Of a DNA stretch of 64,000 bases, positions 12,384 to 25,936 are shown piece by piece (position 1 is the first letter of the stretch; each line of letters starts with the position of its first letter). This DNA is from Octopus sinensis (Eukaryota), in the NCBI RefSeq assembly GCF_006345805.1, contig NC_042999.1, positions 40,238,001 to 40,302,000 of the forward strand, read 5' to 3'. The position numbers and the translations under genes were made by a program. The notes beneath the pieces are model-generated. The model was not told where the DNA came from, ran no database searches, and worked only from the letters and a program-made list of their open reading frames with translations.

Positions 12384-12914
12384 GTGGCAGGTGTATGTCA
12401 CTACTAGTTTAACTCCAGGCAGATTTTCCGCCACCTGGTTTTCGATGCAATGATTCTTTATATACAATACATCGCCAGTAGGGGGAACGAACACCTACTA
12501 GACTCCATTAGCTAACTGGATCGTGAGACTGGCCCAGTTTCGAGCTAGTTGACTCATCGTCAGTCGCGCGCACCTGCGCAACGGTGTGATAGATATGATC
12601 CGCTTTTCCCCGCGATATATTGTAAACAAAGTGACCATCGGTCAAGGATTTTCAAGAAGCAGAGTAGCTAGTTATGAAATCTGAAGAAGAGGTAAATTAG
12701 TCACACGTCAAAGTGGCAAGTGCGAGCTGCTGACAAAGAACCAACTAGCTCGAAACTAGGGGAGTACCGCAATCCTGTTAGTTGACGGAGGCTAGTAGGG
12801 TTTCGCTCCCTCTGCTAGCGACATATTGAATATAAAGAATGCAGAATGTTGCATCGAAAAACAGCTGGGTACAATCTTCCTGGAGTTAAACTAGTAGTAG
12901 CATTCACCTGGCAC
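12384..12914. mobile_element. Element with ~170-bp imperfect inverted arms, each carrying an HHR motif at its inner end
   Basis: 12384-12551 matches the reverse complement of 12742-12914 (shared actactagtttaactccagg, ttttcgatgcaa, gtttcgagctagttg). HHR motifs at 12522-12568 (-) and a degenerate one at 12721-12771 (+). Confidence 0.75.
12522..12568 (-). ncRNA. Type I hammerhead ribozyme motif, core intact
   Basis: CGCGA CUGACGA U GAG UCAACUAG CUC GAAA CUG GGC CAG UC UCACG: one extra U after A9 and one C-A mismatch in stem I. Confidence 0.7.
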
Positions 12915-12972
12915 TACTGAAAATCGCTCTACTGATTATTATACGATACTACTTTATCTTTTCTTGAGATTT

Positions 12973-13044
<72 letters not shown>

Positions 13045-16000
13045 TGCGCGCGCGTGTCTTTAGAAATATATATTACTCGGTGAGGATATAGCGGTAGACC
13101 TTAGTTATGCTCCAGGTTACGGTTCAATAGTTATATTCATGGAAATATGCTGTATGAAATGTGGAATAAAAGGAAATAAATTTGGGGCATCTACCACTCT
13201 CTCTACTCTCTAACTTCATAACGATTGTTTTTATGTGTGTGTGTACTCGCGCGTGTGCGTACATGCGCGTGTGTGTACATGCGTGTGTATGTGGTTGTGT
13301 GTATATATAATTAAAGCCTTGGACAATGATTTGAGCAAGTTCTCTTATTTCATTGATTTACACCTGTTTCATCGAAAATCTGTCGTATGAGCATTGTCAT
13401 CTTGCATAATAGTATATGCAAGTGTTTAATACACGGGATGCTACAGACACATGATCTGAGATCGATTCTTCAGAATTATGCATAAGTATTTGCGGTAGAT
13501 ACAACTGCTAACGATAATTTATACATGTTTTGATTTGGACGTCTTTAAATAGTTACATTTAATTATCACAATCCCAGCAAAATGAAATAAAACACATCCT
13601 CGGTCAATAATACTGAATAATCAAAAAAGAGAAAGTAAAAGAATGCGACGCAATTTCCTTCAATATTATGTACGGTTTTATATTAAGTACACATTGACAG
13701 AAATGTAGGTTGTGAGTTGACATTATTTTGTAAAGACCTACATTATCACTTAACAATGTTGCCTTATATTCAAGAGGATGTTCTTTATTATGCGAGTTAT
13801 ATACCTTAATGCTTGGTTTCGATTTAATGAGAGACAGTTGGGTTCAGTTCCAAGCCTTCTAAAGTGTCACGATCTTGTAGTGGTATTGAATGGCTCTTCC
13901 ATCTTTAACCCCGAACCATCTTTTTATTCTCGGCTGATGAAAGTGAGACGGACTTCTTTGAAAAAGTCGTCTTATTTCCACGAGGAGAGCAGCGCCTACA
14001 TTCTGCGATAATCGAATAATATCACAAGGAATTTATTTTACAAGAGAAATTGACGCTGTGTAGGATACGCCATTGCTTGAATCTATTAATCATAATATAT
14101 CTCTGTAACACATGCAAGTGTCAACGAATGTGCTTTTATCACATCGAAAACCACCACCACACCGCCACCATTATATGTTGTATTAATCGTAAGCTACTTT
14201 GTATATTGTTTTTGCTGTTGTTGTTTTTTTGTTTTTTTTTGGTCACTCATATAGCAAACAAATAATTTCCATCTTTACAAAATAGATGACTCGCCTATTT
14301 GCAGATAAGTATGAGATCGTCACCATAGACTTTATTTCTTCCACATTTCAAATTAAGCTCCTCGGCGAAGGTTTGGACAAATTTAAAATTCATATCATCA
14401 CAAGGCTGAAGCTGATCATCTTCCAGTTTCTTCAACACTTAATTATTTAACAATTCTTCTGCATCTTAAATACACTTTCAGCAACTGGTGTTTCAAGCCG
14501 TTTTCTATAATAAAGAGTGAAGAAATTCGGAGAAATATGCGAGAGTGCGCGAAAGCAAATCATATTTGTTTTACGTTTCATCTTAATTTCCATTTTCTAG
14601 AGAGCTATTATTTCATTAATAATGCATTTTCTACAAATGCACTTCTTTTGGGTAAGGTAAACCCATTCACATTCATTTTACTTTCACGAGGCAGCATATA
14701 GGAAGTTAGCTAATAATGCATTTCAGTTTCTTATCATCAACATTTTTTCTAGATTTCTGCAAATATTTTACACTACAAAATTATTACCTCACATTTAAAT
14801 ATCACTCTCCATAGAACAATTGAATCAAAAAGAGAAACACTGAAAAGATTCAATTAAATGACGAGTGAACGAAGACAGAAGATAGGAGCAGGTATATGAT
14901 GGAAACCAAGGAATAAGATGGATCAGGCATGTGAAACCTAAGAATGGGATAAAATCAAAGGCTAGTGGCATTTTGGAGGAACTCGGAGAGTAAACGGCGA
15001 AATAATTATGAGTACCAACACCGCGAGCGAAAGAGAGAGAGAGAGACGGACAGACCGATGGAGGGTGAAAGCTATGGGCGTGAGAGGAGGATGAGAGGAG
15101 TGAGAGGGACGGAAGCGAGTGAACTGAAATAACATAAGCCTAATAACGCGTGTAGAATACCAATAAGGCCTCGGGAAAGAAATCGATTATGTTGGAAAAA
15201 CATTGACTATACTTATATAGTTACAAATTTCGTGAAGCACATTTTCGAAGACAATATCGGAAACGATTTCTTTCTACTATCATATATGTACCACGAATTT
15301 TCTTCGCACTTTCCTCAGTACGTTTTATGGCTGGTTATCACAGCATTTCTTAAACTGGTGTAACGATTTTATGCGGATATATAAATTTATATATTAAGCG
15401 ACAATTGTAAAACTTGGAATTTCAATGGATCCACATGCTTAATGGAATAATATAAGACCAGCCTGATGAAAATATTTTCAGCAATGGAAAAAATACAGCA
15501 CAATGGCGAATCAGTTCTAAAGGAAAATTCTGTACGTTTGTATGTCTGCGTGCGTGTGTAACATATACGTAGATATAAATATGTGTGTGCGCACACACAC
15601 AAACATATATATATATATATATATATACATATATAAATGTAGAAATATATATGTTTGTGTATACATACACTTACATATATATATATATATATGAACATAC
15701 CTCCATACATATATATTTACATACACACATATACCTAAGGAGGAGAGAGAATGCCCTCGGAGGAAATGAAAAGAGAAAGTAAGATACAAATATATTCAGT
15801 GATCGAGTTTGAAATATTGCGAGATAGAAATATTTTATATTTTGAATAGAATAGATCAAAAGATTATCGCTAAACGTATAGATAATATACCAAAGGCTAC
15901 TAACTATTACTGCTAGCGGGAAATTTGGTCTCTTTGATATGGTTAGACATAAAGTCTACTTATTAAACGAACTTTTATTGTGTTAGGAAACAATCTGGTA

Positions 16001-17057
16001 CCTTCACAGGGTGGTGAAATAATAGAAAAGCCTGTTATTTCATCGATACTAGGAAGCTCAATGTACAATATATCTAAATAGCCGCTCTATACAATACAGC
16101 TAAATAGCTATTTCGTTAATGGCCATGGCTCATATATAGTCAATAGTTTAAATGTATTTTGAAAAGAATGTAATATAGAATTGGACGTGATTTGAAAGAG
16201 TAAAATGACACAACAGAAAAGAAAGAATAGAAGCAGAATGAGTTGAAGACAGAAAAAGAAAATGCTATTAATAAAGAAAACGAAACAACAAAATTTACAA
16301 GAGAGATATAGACACATTATATATATATATATAAAATAAAGAGCATGAATTAGTACTGCTTATTGGGAAATGATAGAGGGGCAGATACATTTGATTACGT
16401 ACAGAGAAAAAAAACGGAGTAAAAATTAATCGGAATATTTTTTTAAATGCCAAATTGTTAATAATTATATCGCTTTTCTGTTTTTGTACGCAAAATATAC
16501 CTAATGCCCCTTTCTTCACAGTGTGAATAAGAGCAGTAGTAAAAATGAAAGATTTTAATTTCTTTCTTTCATTCCTTGAATCTCTTTTAATCTAGATCAG
16601 TATCATGGACACTGAATCTCTTCACTGAAAGAAATTCAATAGATCTTCTGCTGCTTTCTGAATCGTCAGTTCAATTTTTTACTCTATTACGAAATGGCAT
16701 GATATGTAATTTCATATTTACAACGTACGATATAATGTACATAACGAATGAGTTACGTGAAAAAAAAACTAAGTAAAAACATGCTAATTAGTGAGGGAAA
16801 AAAAAGAACCAATTAGAAACTATAAATATCTCTCAAAAGGATGGACGGGTTATTTGAAGAAATTAAATTTAGAAATATATTAAGTTAATATCATAGAGGA
16901 AAGCTTGATGGTATGTAACCAATTTTAGTTTTTCGGTATCCTAATAGTGAAATATATATTTAGGCTGGACCCGTCGTGAGCATCGAACAAGGGAATTTTT
17001 CATACAGAATGAACTGCAAACTGATTCAGCCAATAGTAATCTGCATATATATATATG

Positions 17058-17089
<32 letters not shown>

Positions 17090-17091
17090 AG

Positions 17092-17158
<67 letters not shown>

Positions 17159-18298
17159 GTATATATGCTCTGTACCTCTCTCTCACTCTGTATGTATGTA
17201 TGTATATATATATATATATATTATACCACCATTACAGCCGATTTTACCCATCGGTTTCGCACTATGGGTCAGTTAATTGTACTTGTACTTGCTTTTGAAA
17301 CACATTCCAAATCGGTAAATCGACTAGTATTGTTTACCAAAACACTTGCCTGAAATTGCAATTGATCTATCGAACTATAGCCATAGAAGTATCTCTAACT
17401 TCATCAGCAAAGTAAAGGAGTTACGTCTCAAGCCAAAGCCGCAAATGTAACTCTCGAAACTAAGATCATTTATCGGAATCAATTCCACTTGAGAATAAAC
17501 TACGACTCAGAACTCTATATTAACCTTTCTAAGAGAGAGAGAGAGAGAGAGAGGGGGACAATTCCCATTTCCTCTACACGGTTCAATAAATACTAGCAAT
17601 AGCCCACACCATTCCAGAAGTCTTTGACACATCCGGTATAATGTTTTGTACATTAGTCTGCAACTCAGAGAAGAGACTTCAGCAATTGATAGTTTGTAAC
17701 TGAAGCAACTTCGGCTGTGTAATCCGACAAAATTATTTTCCTTAAATGTCAATTCACCAAATCCCTCGACGACGAATCTCTCAAGGTTCATTTCATAGCC
17801 TCCTACAGTTTTCGGTATTTATCGATCATCAGTTCAACACGTCTGACCCGAGGACAGCTCACTCTTTGTATTCTGCCAGTAAGTTCAATAAATCAAGTGG
17901 AATTTTTTGCATCCTGCTGGAACAGAGATCTTCTCATCGCTGGATTAAAAATCCTGCGTACGACCGGCAAGTAGCATTTAACTTAACCTTTTCTTGCTAG
18001 CACCGCCCCCGCCATCAGTCACTTCCTTTATTAGATAGCACTTATAGTTTTTATAGTCTATATTTTTCATTCTTTTGGTATTCTATCATTTTGCTTGCGT
18101 ATAACTGTCAAAACTAAGGCTAAAGATGAGAACGCCACAACAAGAATACTGTGTTTCTGGCTGAAATAACTGAAATAACGAAGAAATAAACAGCGTGACC
18201 AATGAAACATAAACACACACACACAAACACAAGCATAATATACATATGCAACTATGAATGTATACAATATATATATTCACATTATGCATCTATGAATG

Positions 18299-18340
<42 letters not shown>

Positions 18341-18341
<1 letters not shown>

Positions 18342-19628
18342 GAGGGGCGTTGAATAAGTAATGCCCCTGACCCACTTCCCATAGCAGTAGAGCAACGAAA
18401 CTTGGCACAGTTATAAGGCTTTTTCTACAGAGGAACCACCCAGAGTTACGCATTTCTCCCATCGTTTGATGCGGCTCTGGATACCGTTTTTGTAGAAGAA
18501 CCCAGCTTGGTCCTCCAACCTCAACGTGACTTCAGAAACCAAGGCTGCATCATCTGGGAAACGCTTTCCTTTCAAAAACAACTTCATGATTGGGAAGAGG
18601 TGAAAATCAGAGGGTGCAAGGTCAGGAAAGTAGGGGGATGGGGAGGAGTTCATAGCCATACGCCTGTGCTTCTGATCTGGCGACAAGCGAGTTGTGGACC
18701 GGAGCGTTGTCCTGCAGGAGGAGGATGCCTTTGCTGATCTTGCCCCGCCTCTTGATTTTGATAGCTTCTCTTAATTTCCTCAAAAGTGAAGCATAATAGG
18801 CTCCTGCAATTGTGGTACCCTTTGCCAGGAAATCTCTCATCACTACTCCGTCCTGGTCCCAGAAGACTGTGAGCATAACCTTGGCAGCGGAGGGCTGCAC
18901 CCATGCCTTCTTTGGAGGGGTGAGTCACGGTGCTTCCACTGCATTGACTGGGCTTTGGTCTCTGGATCATCGTGATGGACCCAGGTTTCATCCTGTGTAA
19001 TCAGTCTTTTGAAAAATTTTGACTCATCTTCTTGGCACATCTCCAAATTCACCCTCGAGCACTCGACGCGTTCTTGCTTCTGGAAAGGCGTGAGCAACCT
19101 GGGAATCCATCTGGCAGACACCTTTTGCATATGCAAATGGTCATGAATGATAGTTTCCACAGACCCGGTACTAATCTTGACCTGATGCGCTATTTGGCGA
19201 ATAATTATGCGCCGATCTTCCAAAATGGCAGCCTCAACTTGACGGACAGATGCCTCATCAATGGCAGAAGGGGGCGACCAGATCTGGGAGCTGTTTCCAC
19301 AGAGTTCCGACCATGTTTGAATTCACGATGCCAGCGTTATACAAGGTCATATGATGGGGCATAATCACCATAAGTTACTTTCATTTCATCAAAAGTCTCC
19401 CGTGGTGTGCGTCCTTTCAAATACAAAAACCGGATCACTGCTCGACACTCAACAGGCTCCATTTCACACTTGACTCGGTTCAAACACCTGTAAATCAGAA
19501 ACCACAATTAATTCAGAGCTGTAATTTGCCACTTACTCTATAGTGATATAAATGATTGCACATGCAAACTTTCAGCTAGATCAAACAATTGCAAGTGTGT
19601 CAGAGGCATTACTTATTGAACGTCCCTC

Positions 19629-19629
<1 letters not shown>
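18341..19629 (-). mobile_element. Full-length mariner (DD34D) DNA transposon, 1289 bp
   Basis: 25-bp TIRs cgaggggcgttgaataagtaatgcc and (rc) cgagggacgttcaataagtaatgcc, TA on both sides, inside (TA)n. Confidence 0.97.
18411..19462 (-). pseudogene. Mariner transposase pseudogene (one in-frame stop, two frameshifts seen)
   Basis: MEPVECRAVIRFLYLKG..; WIPRLLT; TQDETWVHH; LQDNAPVH; PYFPDLAPSDFHLFP. The last two catalytic Asp are 34 residues apart once the frameshift is corrected. Confidence 0.93.
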
Positions 19630-19675
<46 letters not shown>

Positions 19676-19763
19676 CTGAAAAGTATTACAGATTATATAC
19701 AACTAAACGATTCAGAGATGCATGAACTCAGACTCACGTAGATAAATACATATCCATGTATAT

Positions 19764-19811
<48 letters not shown>

Positions 19812-19928
19812 TGTACATATATGTATTTGAGTCTGTGTGCGTATGTGTACAAACACATGTACACATACAAACATATGTACGCCTAAAATTGCTGAAATTA
19901 TACTGATATTTATATGATCACTCTCTGT

Positions 19929-19964
<36 letters not shown>

Positions 19965-20092
19965 AGGGTAAATAATAGCTTTAATGGCTTTTAAAAAAAC
20001 AACAATTATTTACTGGTAGATTTCGGCATGTAATTATAACCATTAACGGTAGGAACTTCTATAAAAGTTCAATATATATTTTTGTATATAAA

Positions 20093-20643
20093 TAAAAGAG
20101 GCAGGCAACAGGTTGCTTAGCCACATACCGAAAAAAATAGAAATACCAGTCAAAGACGGTTTATTTCTATTTTCTACAAATAAGACTCCACATACGACAT
20201 AGCCCTGTAATTCACATATGCAAACCAGAAGGAAGAAATAACGAAAACGAAGTCTAACAGTTATTTACGAACGCGTTTCTGGATTAAGAATATAATAAAA
20301 TATCAATTTCGTCAGCGTAAACTTTCACTAAAATAGATTTATCAAATGCTACGTACCTCCACTTATCGATCAGGCAACATCGTTAATAGTGGAAGAAAGC
20401 AAGCAGAGGCCAAACCTATATAGACGATTGAATCCGTAAATTTTCCCTCCAAAGTTTTGTCATGCGTATTACAAAAACAGTTCCTTAGAGATAGAAACTA
20501 TGGGTTGTCGTTAGGGAATTTTGCATAGTTGAATTACAGGGATATGTCGTATGTGCAGTCTTATTTGTAGAAAATAGAAATAAACAGTCTTTGACTGCTA
20601 TTTCTAATTTTTTGGGTATGTGGCAAAGCAACCTGTTGCCTGC

Positions 20644-20648
<5 letters not shown>
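20093..20648. mobile_element. MITE-like element with ~125-bp TIRs
   Basis: 20098-20224 (aggcaggcaacaggttgcttagccacatacc..) is roughly 90% identical by eye to the reverse complement of 20519-20646; the right end abuts (TA)n. Confidence 0.85.
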
Positions 20649-20685
<37 letters not shown>

Positions 20686-20687
<2 letters not shown>

Positions 20688-21023
20688 TCTTTTACTCTTT
20701 TCTCTTTTACTCGTTTCAGTCAGTTGACTGCGGCCATGCTGGAGCACCGCCTTTAGTCGAGCAACTCGACCCCGCGACTTATTCTTTGTAAGCCCAGTAC
20801 TTATTCTATCGGTCTCTTTTTGCCGAACCGCTAAGTGACGGGGACGTAAACACACCACCATCAGTTGTCAAGCAATGCTAGGGAGACAAACACACACACA
20901 CACACACATATATATACATATATATATACATATATACGACAGGCTTCTTTCAGTTTCCGTCTACCAAATCCACTCACAAGGCATTGGTCGGCCCGGGGCT
21001 ATAGCAGAAGACACTTGCCCAAG
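20686..21023 (-). mobile_element. SINE family A, head missing (replaced by microsatellite)
   Basis: Tail and body match 5112-5552; the sequence stops at gacacttgcccaag. Confidence 0.88.
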
Positions 21024-21028
21024 ATTAT

Positions 21029-21079
<51 letters not shown>

Positions 21080-21107
21080 GGGGAGAGAGAGAGAAAGAGA
21101 GAGATAG

Positions 21108-21158
<51 letters not shown>

Positions 21159-22970
21159 TACACGCACATACACACACATATATATATATAGATAAACATA
21201 CATAGATACATATATATATAAATATATACATTTATAAATGTATGTATGTTTACCTATCTATATCTTTATATATACGTGTGTGTGTGTGTCTGTGTTTGTG
21301 TGTTTGTGTATATATATAAAGACAGAGAGAGAGAGGGAGATCATAAAAATATCAGTATTGATTTCAGCACTCCTTAGGCGTACATATGTTAGTGTGTGCA
21401 CGTGTGTTTACACACATACACACACGGACACACACACACATATGTATATGTATACACATATACATGGATATTTATGAATCTGCATGAGTCTAAGTACATG
21501 CATCTGTCAATCCTTCAGTTGTGCATAAGCCTGTATATACTTTTCAGCACTCTTTATTTGTTTCCACGTTTCCATTCATTTACTTTCCGCCTTAGAGAGA
21601 TTTATTCTTTCCTGTTTGTTATATTGAATGCTGTTAATTGCTTCAGGTTATGTAAAATTATTGTGAGTCGAAATTTGATTCCTCTACGTAAAAAAAATTA
21701 ATGCCGTATGAGGAATTTAGCTTTGTGTAACCAGAATTCCAGAAAGAGAAATTTCTCAGCAAAATTATTATATCTAATTCAACTCGTTTGAAGATTTTTT
21801 ACCGTATGAATTTTGTTGTTTACGAAACATCGGAATTCATAAACGTTTTTCGTTTTAACCAAACCCTGGGAGAAATTTCCTGTATAAGCTCTGCACTCGT
21901 ACATCAAACTATCATTATAACTTAGTAAGACCCTTTGTACTGTTCTTAACAATAAAGCATTTGTTTTATCGGATTTCTTTTCGTTCCCAACATTTTCCTG
22001 GCCAATTTCCCATTTGATTAAACCGTACAAAGAAAAGATAACATGCATGCTTTAACATTTATTTCAGAATGCCATTGTGTTGCGCTCATATTACATACCC
22101 TTTAATATCATCTTTCATACGTTGCATTCAGTAGCACAGCCTATCATTAATATACTTGACTCCACCTCTACAGAATGGCATCGTATGTTATATCAAAATA
22201 ATACCATGAGTCGTCTAATTCAGAAAGGTTTATTTATATAGATATATATTTCTTAAGTGGAGGCCAGGCCTTAAATATGGTGGGGTGCTACATGATTGCT
22301 GCGAGAAAAGCAAACAATCATTTGAGTCTATAATTTAGCAAGTCCCTTACGTAATGGGCTAAAACTAAAATATCGGGTACACGTATCATAGAAGTGATTT
22401 CAAGTGATAGAATTATAATTAACATTCTCATCATGCTTGGGAAAATGATAACAGACTGGCTTAAACTGCATTAGCATTTCAGAGTATGGAACGAGAATAA
22501 TGTAATAACCTCGGGAGAACTTTTTTTTAAGCTTATAATTAAAAAGTTCTCATTATGAAATACCTTATATTTGTCGTCACTACTTACAATTAAACCAAAT
22601 CAGGAAATGCATTAACGTTGTATATAACTTCTGCTGTACACAATAATTCAGTAGATGCATGCACACATACATGTTTGAATGCATATATGTGTGTGCTATA
22701 TATGATCTGTGGGTGCTGCGTATGCTTTTATATACGTGTGTGTGTCTGTGTGTGTGTACGAAAATTTATATAAAACTGAACCAGTCTAATGATTTGCTGA
22801 AAACTGTGAGCTTAGATTGATATTTGATATTGCCAGAAACATTAAGATTTTAAGACTTTCAGTTAGCAATGTCATAGCTTTAAGAGATCTACTTAGCTGT
22901 GCTCTGATTGCTGTGGACATTCCTCGTTGTGTGAAGTGAAACTGTCAAACTGGACATCTCATTTATATTT

Positions 22971-23358
22971 AACTAGCAGTATCGCCCGGCGTTGCTCAGG
23001 TTTGTAAGGGAAATAACTATAAAGCATTTTTAGAGAGTTATAGCCAAAAAACAGCAAAAAAATGGAAAAAAATGATGGTAAAATTTTTTTTGATAGTTGA
23101 AAAAGGTGGAGTTGCGTCCCCTACACAGTTTGTGGTTTGTGTTCCTGATTCTCGACCCCATGTCGAATTTATCGATTTTTTTCAGAACTGGGGGAACTTT
23201 TCAAAATTTTCGCTGCGTTAGTTTTGAATTATGACATTGGGCTATGTGTGTGTCAAGTTTCATCAGAATCGGTTGAAAGCCGTGGTCAGGGTGAGGGTAC
23301 AAGCAAACAGACACACAGAAACACGCACAGACAAACTGCCGTTTATATAGAGAGAGAT
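22971..23358 (+). mobile_element. Non-autonomous Helitron/Helentron-type element (DINE-1/Lep1-like architecture)
   Basis: Begins actagcagtatcgcccggcgttgctc, has a (CA)-rich stretch near the 3' end and ends tttatatagagagagat. Its 5' ~120 bp are shared with 39419-39853. Confidence 0.65.
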
Positions 23359-24499
23359 GAATGACGTATCCACACTTTTCTTTTGCACGCTTTAAACTGA
23401 TGTAATCAACATAATCCTCATCCACAAATCCTTTCAATACATCTTCAATAAAATACATTCATGTGAATTAATGCTAGCAAAGCATTGCTCGGCACATCCA
23501 TATTATTAAAGTTGCGTGAACAATTTACAGTTCTGAATTATATAGCAATAGTCAACCAATCACCTATGTGTGCCGCGATGTAAAATGTGATATGAATTCT
23601 GTTTTATTTATGTGATATTTCTGGAGTGCTTTCTTGACACTTGTCTAATTCATAGAAGCACAAATTCATAAAACTAACTGCCATGATAAATTACACTGTA
23701 AATGACTGAATATCAAGCATAGATTAATTAAAAGTGCTGTTATTTAAACATCACACTACTTTACACTGTCCACACTAAGGTATTTTTCAATTCGTCTTAT
23801 AGCAGATTTGAAGGAAACTCTCAGCTTTGCTCTATGTTCCGTTCCAGGGTAATAAAAAATCTTAGTGATTTAGAATTTGTCTTTCCTTTATCAACTGCTG
23901 AGGAACTATCCAGCAATTTACATTTACATAAATACACCTCATTTTCATTAGGCTTAGAGGTCACGTCCATTTCGTTCTAATTACTTTACTTAGATATAAT
24001 GTTTTAGTACGAACTACCTAGCAATTGAGTATATACGGTTACTATATTTTATGCTTGTATTTCAAAATATTGATTTTGGCTATGTGCGTGTACATCAATT
24101 TTTATAGATGGATGGATGAAAGGATTGTTGCCTAAGTCTGTGGGCGTGTGTTGTGTTAGCGAGAGAATATGTGGGCATTTATATGTGCCTAATATATATT
24201 ATGAACACGCAATTACACACACATAAACACATACACACACACACACTCATATATATATAGAGAGACATTGAGTGAGTTATAGATTATATATATTGTTGTA
24301 TACTGAAACTCTATACCCCTCCAGGTAAAAAAGTGGTAGGAATGGACCATTACAAATAGACCAGTAGTCGGTTGTGAAGAGAAGGTGGAGTGTCGAAAAG
24401 TTGAGACTCGACAAGTATAGTCGGTATCTTGTGGAGCTATCAGCGATAGTTAGACAGAATTTAGTGTATTATCATTCCGGTACGAAGAGATACAATGGA

Positions 24500-24503
24500 A
24501 TCA

Positions 24504-24536
<33 letters not shown>

Positions 24537-24552
24537 ATTATTATTATTATTA

Positions 24553-24624
<72 letters not shown>

Positions 24625-24626
24625 TC

Positions 24627-24664
<38 letters not shown>

Positions 24665-24691
24665 TATTATTATTATTATTATTATTATTTC

Positions 24692-24725
<34 letters not shown>

Positions 24726-24741
24726 ATTATTATTATTATCA

Positions 24742-24792
<51 letters not shown>

Positions 24793-24799
24793 TTATTTC

Positions 24800-24838
<39 letters not shown>

Positions 24839-25010
24839 CATTATTATTATCATAATTATTATTATGGATTATTATTATTATTATATTATTATTATTATTA
24901 TCATTATTATTATTATCATTATTTTTATTTTTATTATTATTATTATATTATTATTATATTATTATCATTATTATTATTATCATTATTTTTATTTTTATTA
25001 TTATTATTAA

Positions 25011-25080
<70 letters not shown>

Positions 25081-25130
25081 GTTGTTGTTATAATTATTAT
25101 TATATATATTATTATTAGGTATATTATATT
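24500..25130. repeat. ~630-bp (ATT)n microsatellite
   Basis: Direct reading. Confidence 0.98.
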
Positions 25131-25259
25131 ATTCTTATTAGAATAAGTTTAAGCAGAGGAAAGAGAATATTATCAAAAGAGAAATGATGGTGGACTTTGT
25201 TATTGTAGCTTTGTAGGAATGAAAACGTATATAAATTAGGAATACACACACACACACAC

Positions 25260-25323
<64 letters not shown>

Positions 25324-25936
25324 TATATTTCTCTTTACGCACAAACATACCGATATGCACATACATATTTCATGTGTTGAGAAGGATTACTGTAACAGTT
25401 CGTATTTTCTTTTCATATAATTATAATAATTATTATACACAAACATGTATATATATTTATACATATAAACATGCGATATGTTTTCTATTGAGTGCTCGAG
25501 AGATAAAGGTCCACAATAAGTGGGTTAGAGTTTATATTAATATTTTGAAATAGACACCTTGAACTGCTTAAAAAGCGATTACATAAATTTTTCAATTTTG
25601 ATCTTCTTAAAATATGGAATTACCAACCAAACAGTTTTATTAGGACATACCTTGATATTTGGGTAAGTCCTAGATATACTTTTATAATGTACAAAGGGAC
25701 TGAAAGTACGGTTCTCTCCCTTACGCTGAAAATTACATTTTTCGATTTAGTGTTGTTATTCGAACTAAAATTTGCATTGTTATTACCGTTATGACGTGTT
25801 TTCACGTTCTGATTAATAGAGGTAGAATTTTATAAGTCTGCATTACGTAAAGGAGGCTACCTATATTAACCCTAATGACATTACGCTGCCTCAATTTAAG
25901 TATATAATTCAACTGAATATATATATATATATATAT

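Noticed and set aside
13929-13975. CTGATGA..GAAA..GTC
   Set aside because: Stem II does not abut GAAA and there is no stem I pairing; likely chance.
14330-14505. Protein-like minus-strand stretch (VLKKLEDDQLQPCDD..)
   Set aside because: All frames are interrupted by stops after the acceptor and no family was recognised.
18411-19462. Domesticated SETMAR-like gene
   Set aside because: It has TIRs, TA flanks, a stop and frameshifts, and no SET domain: an ordinary transposon copy.
24495-25010. 171-aa poly-Ile/poly-Tyr ORF
   Set aside because: It is a translation of an (ATT)n microsatellite.
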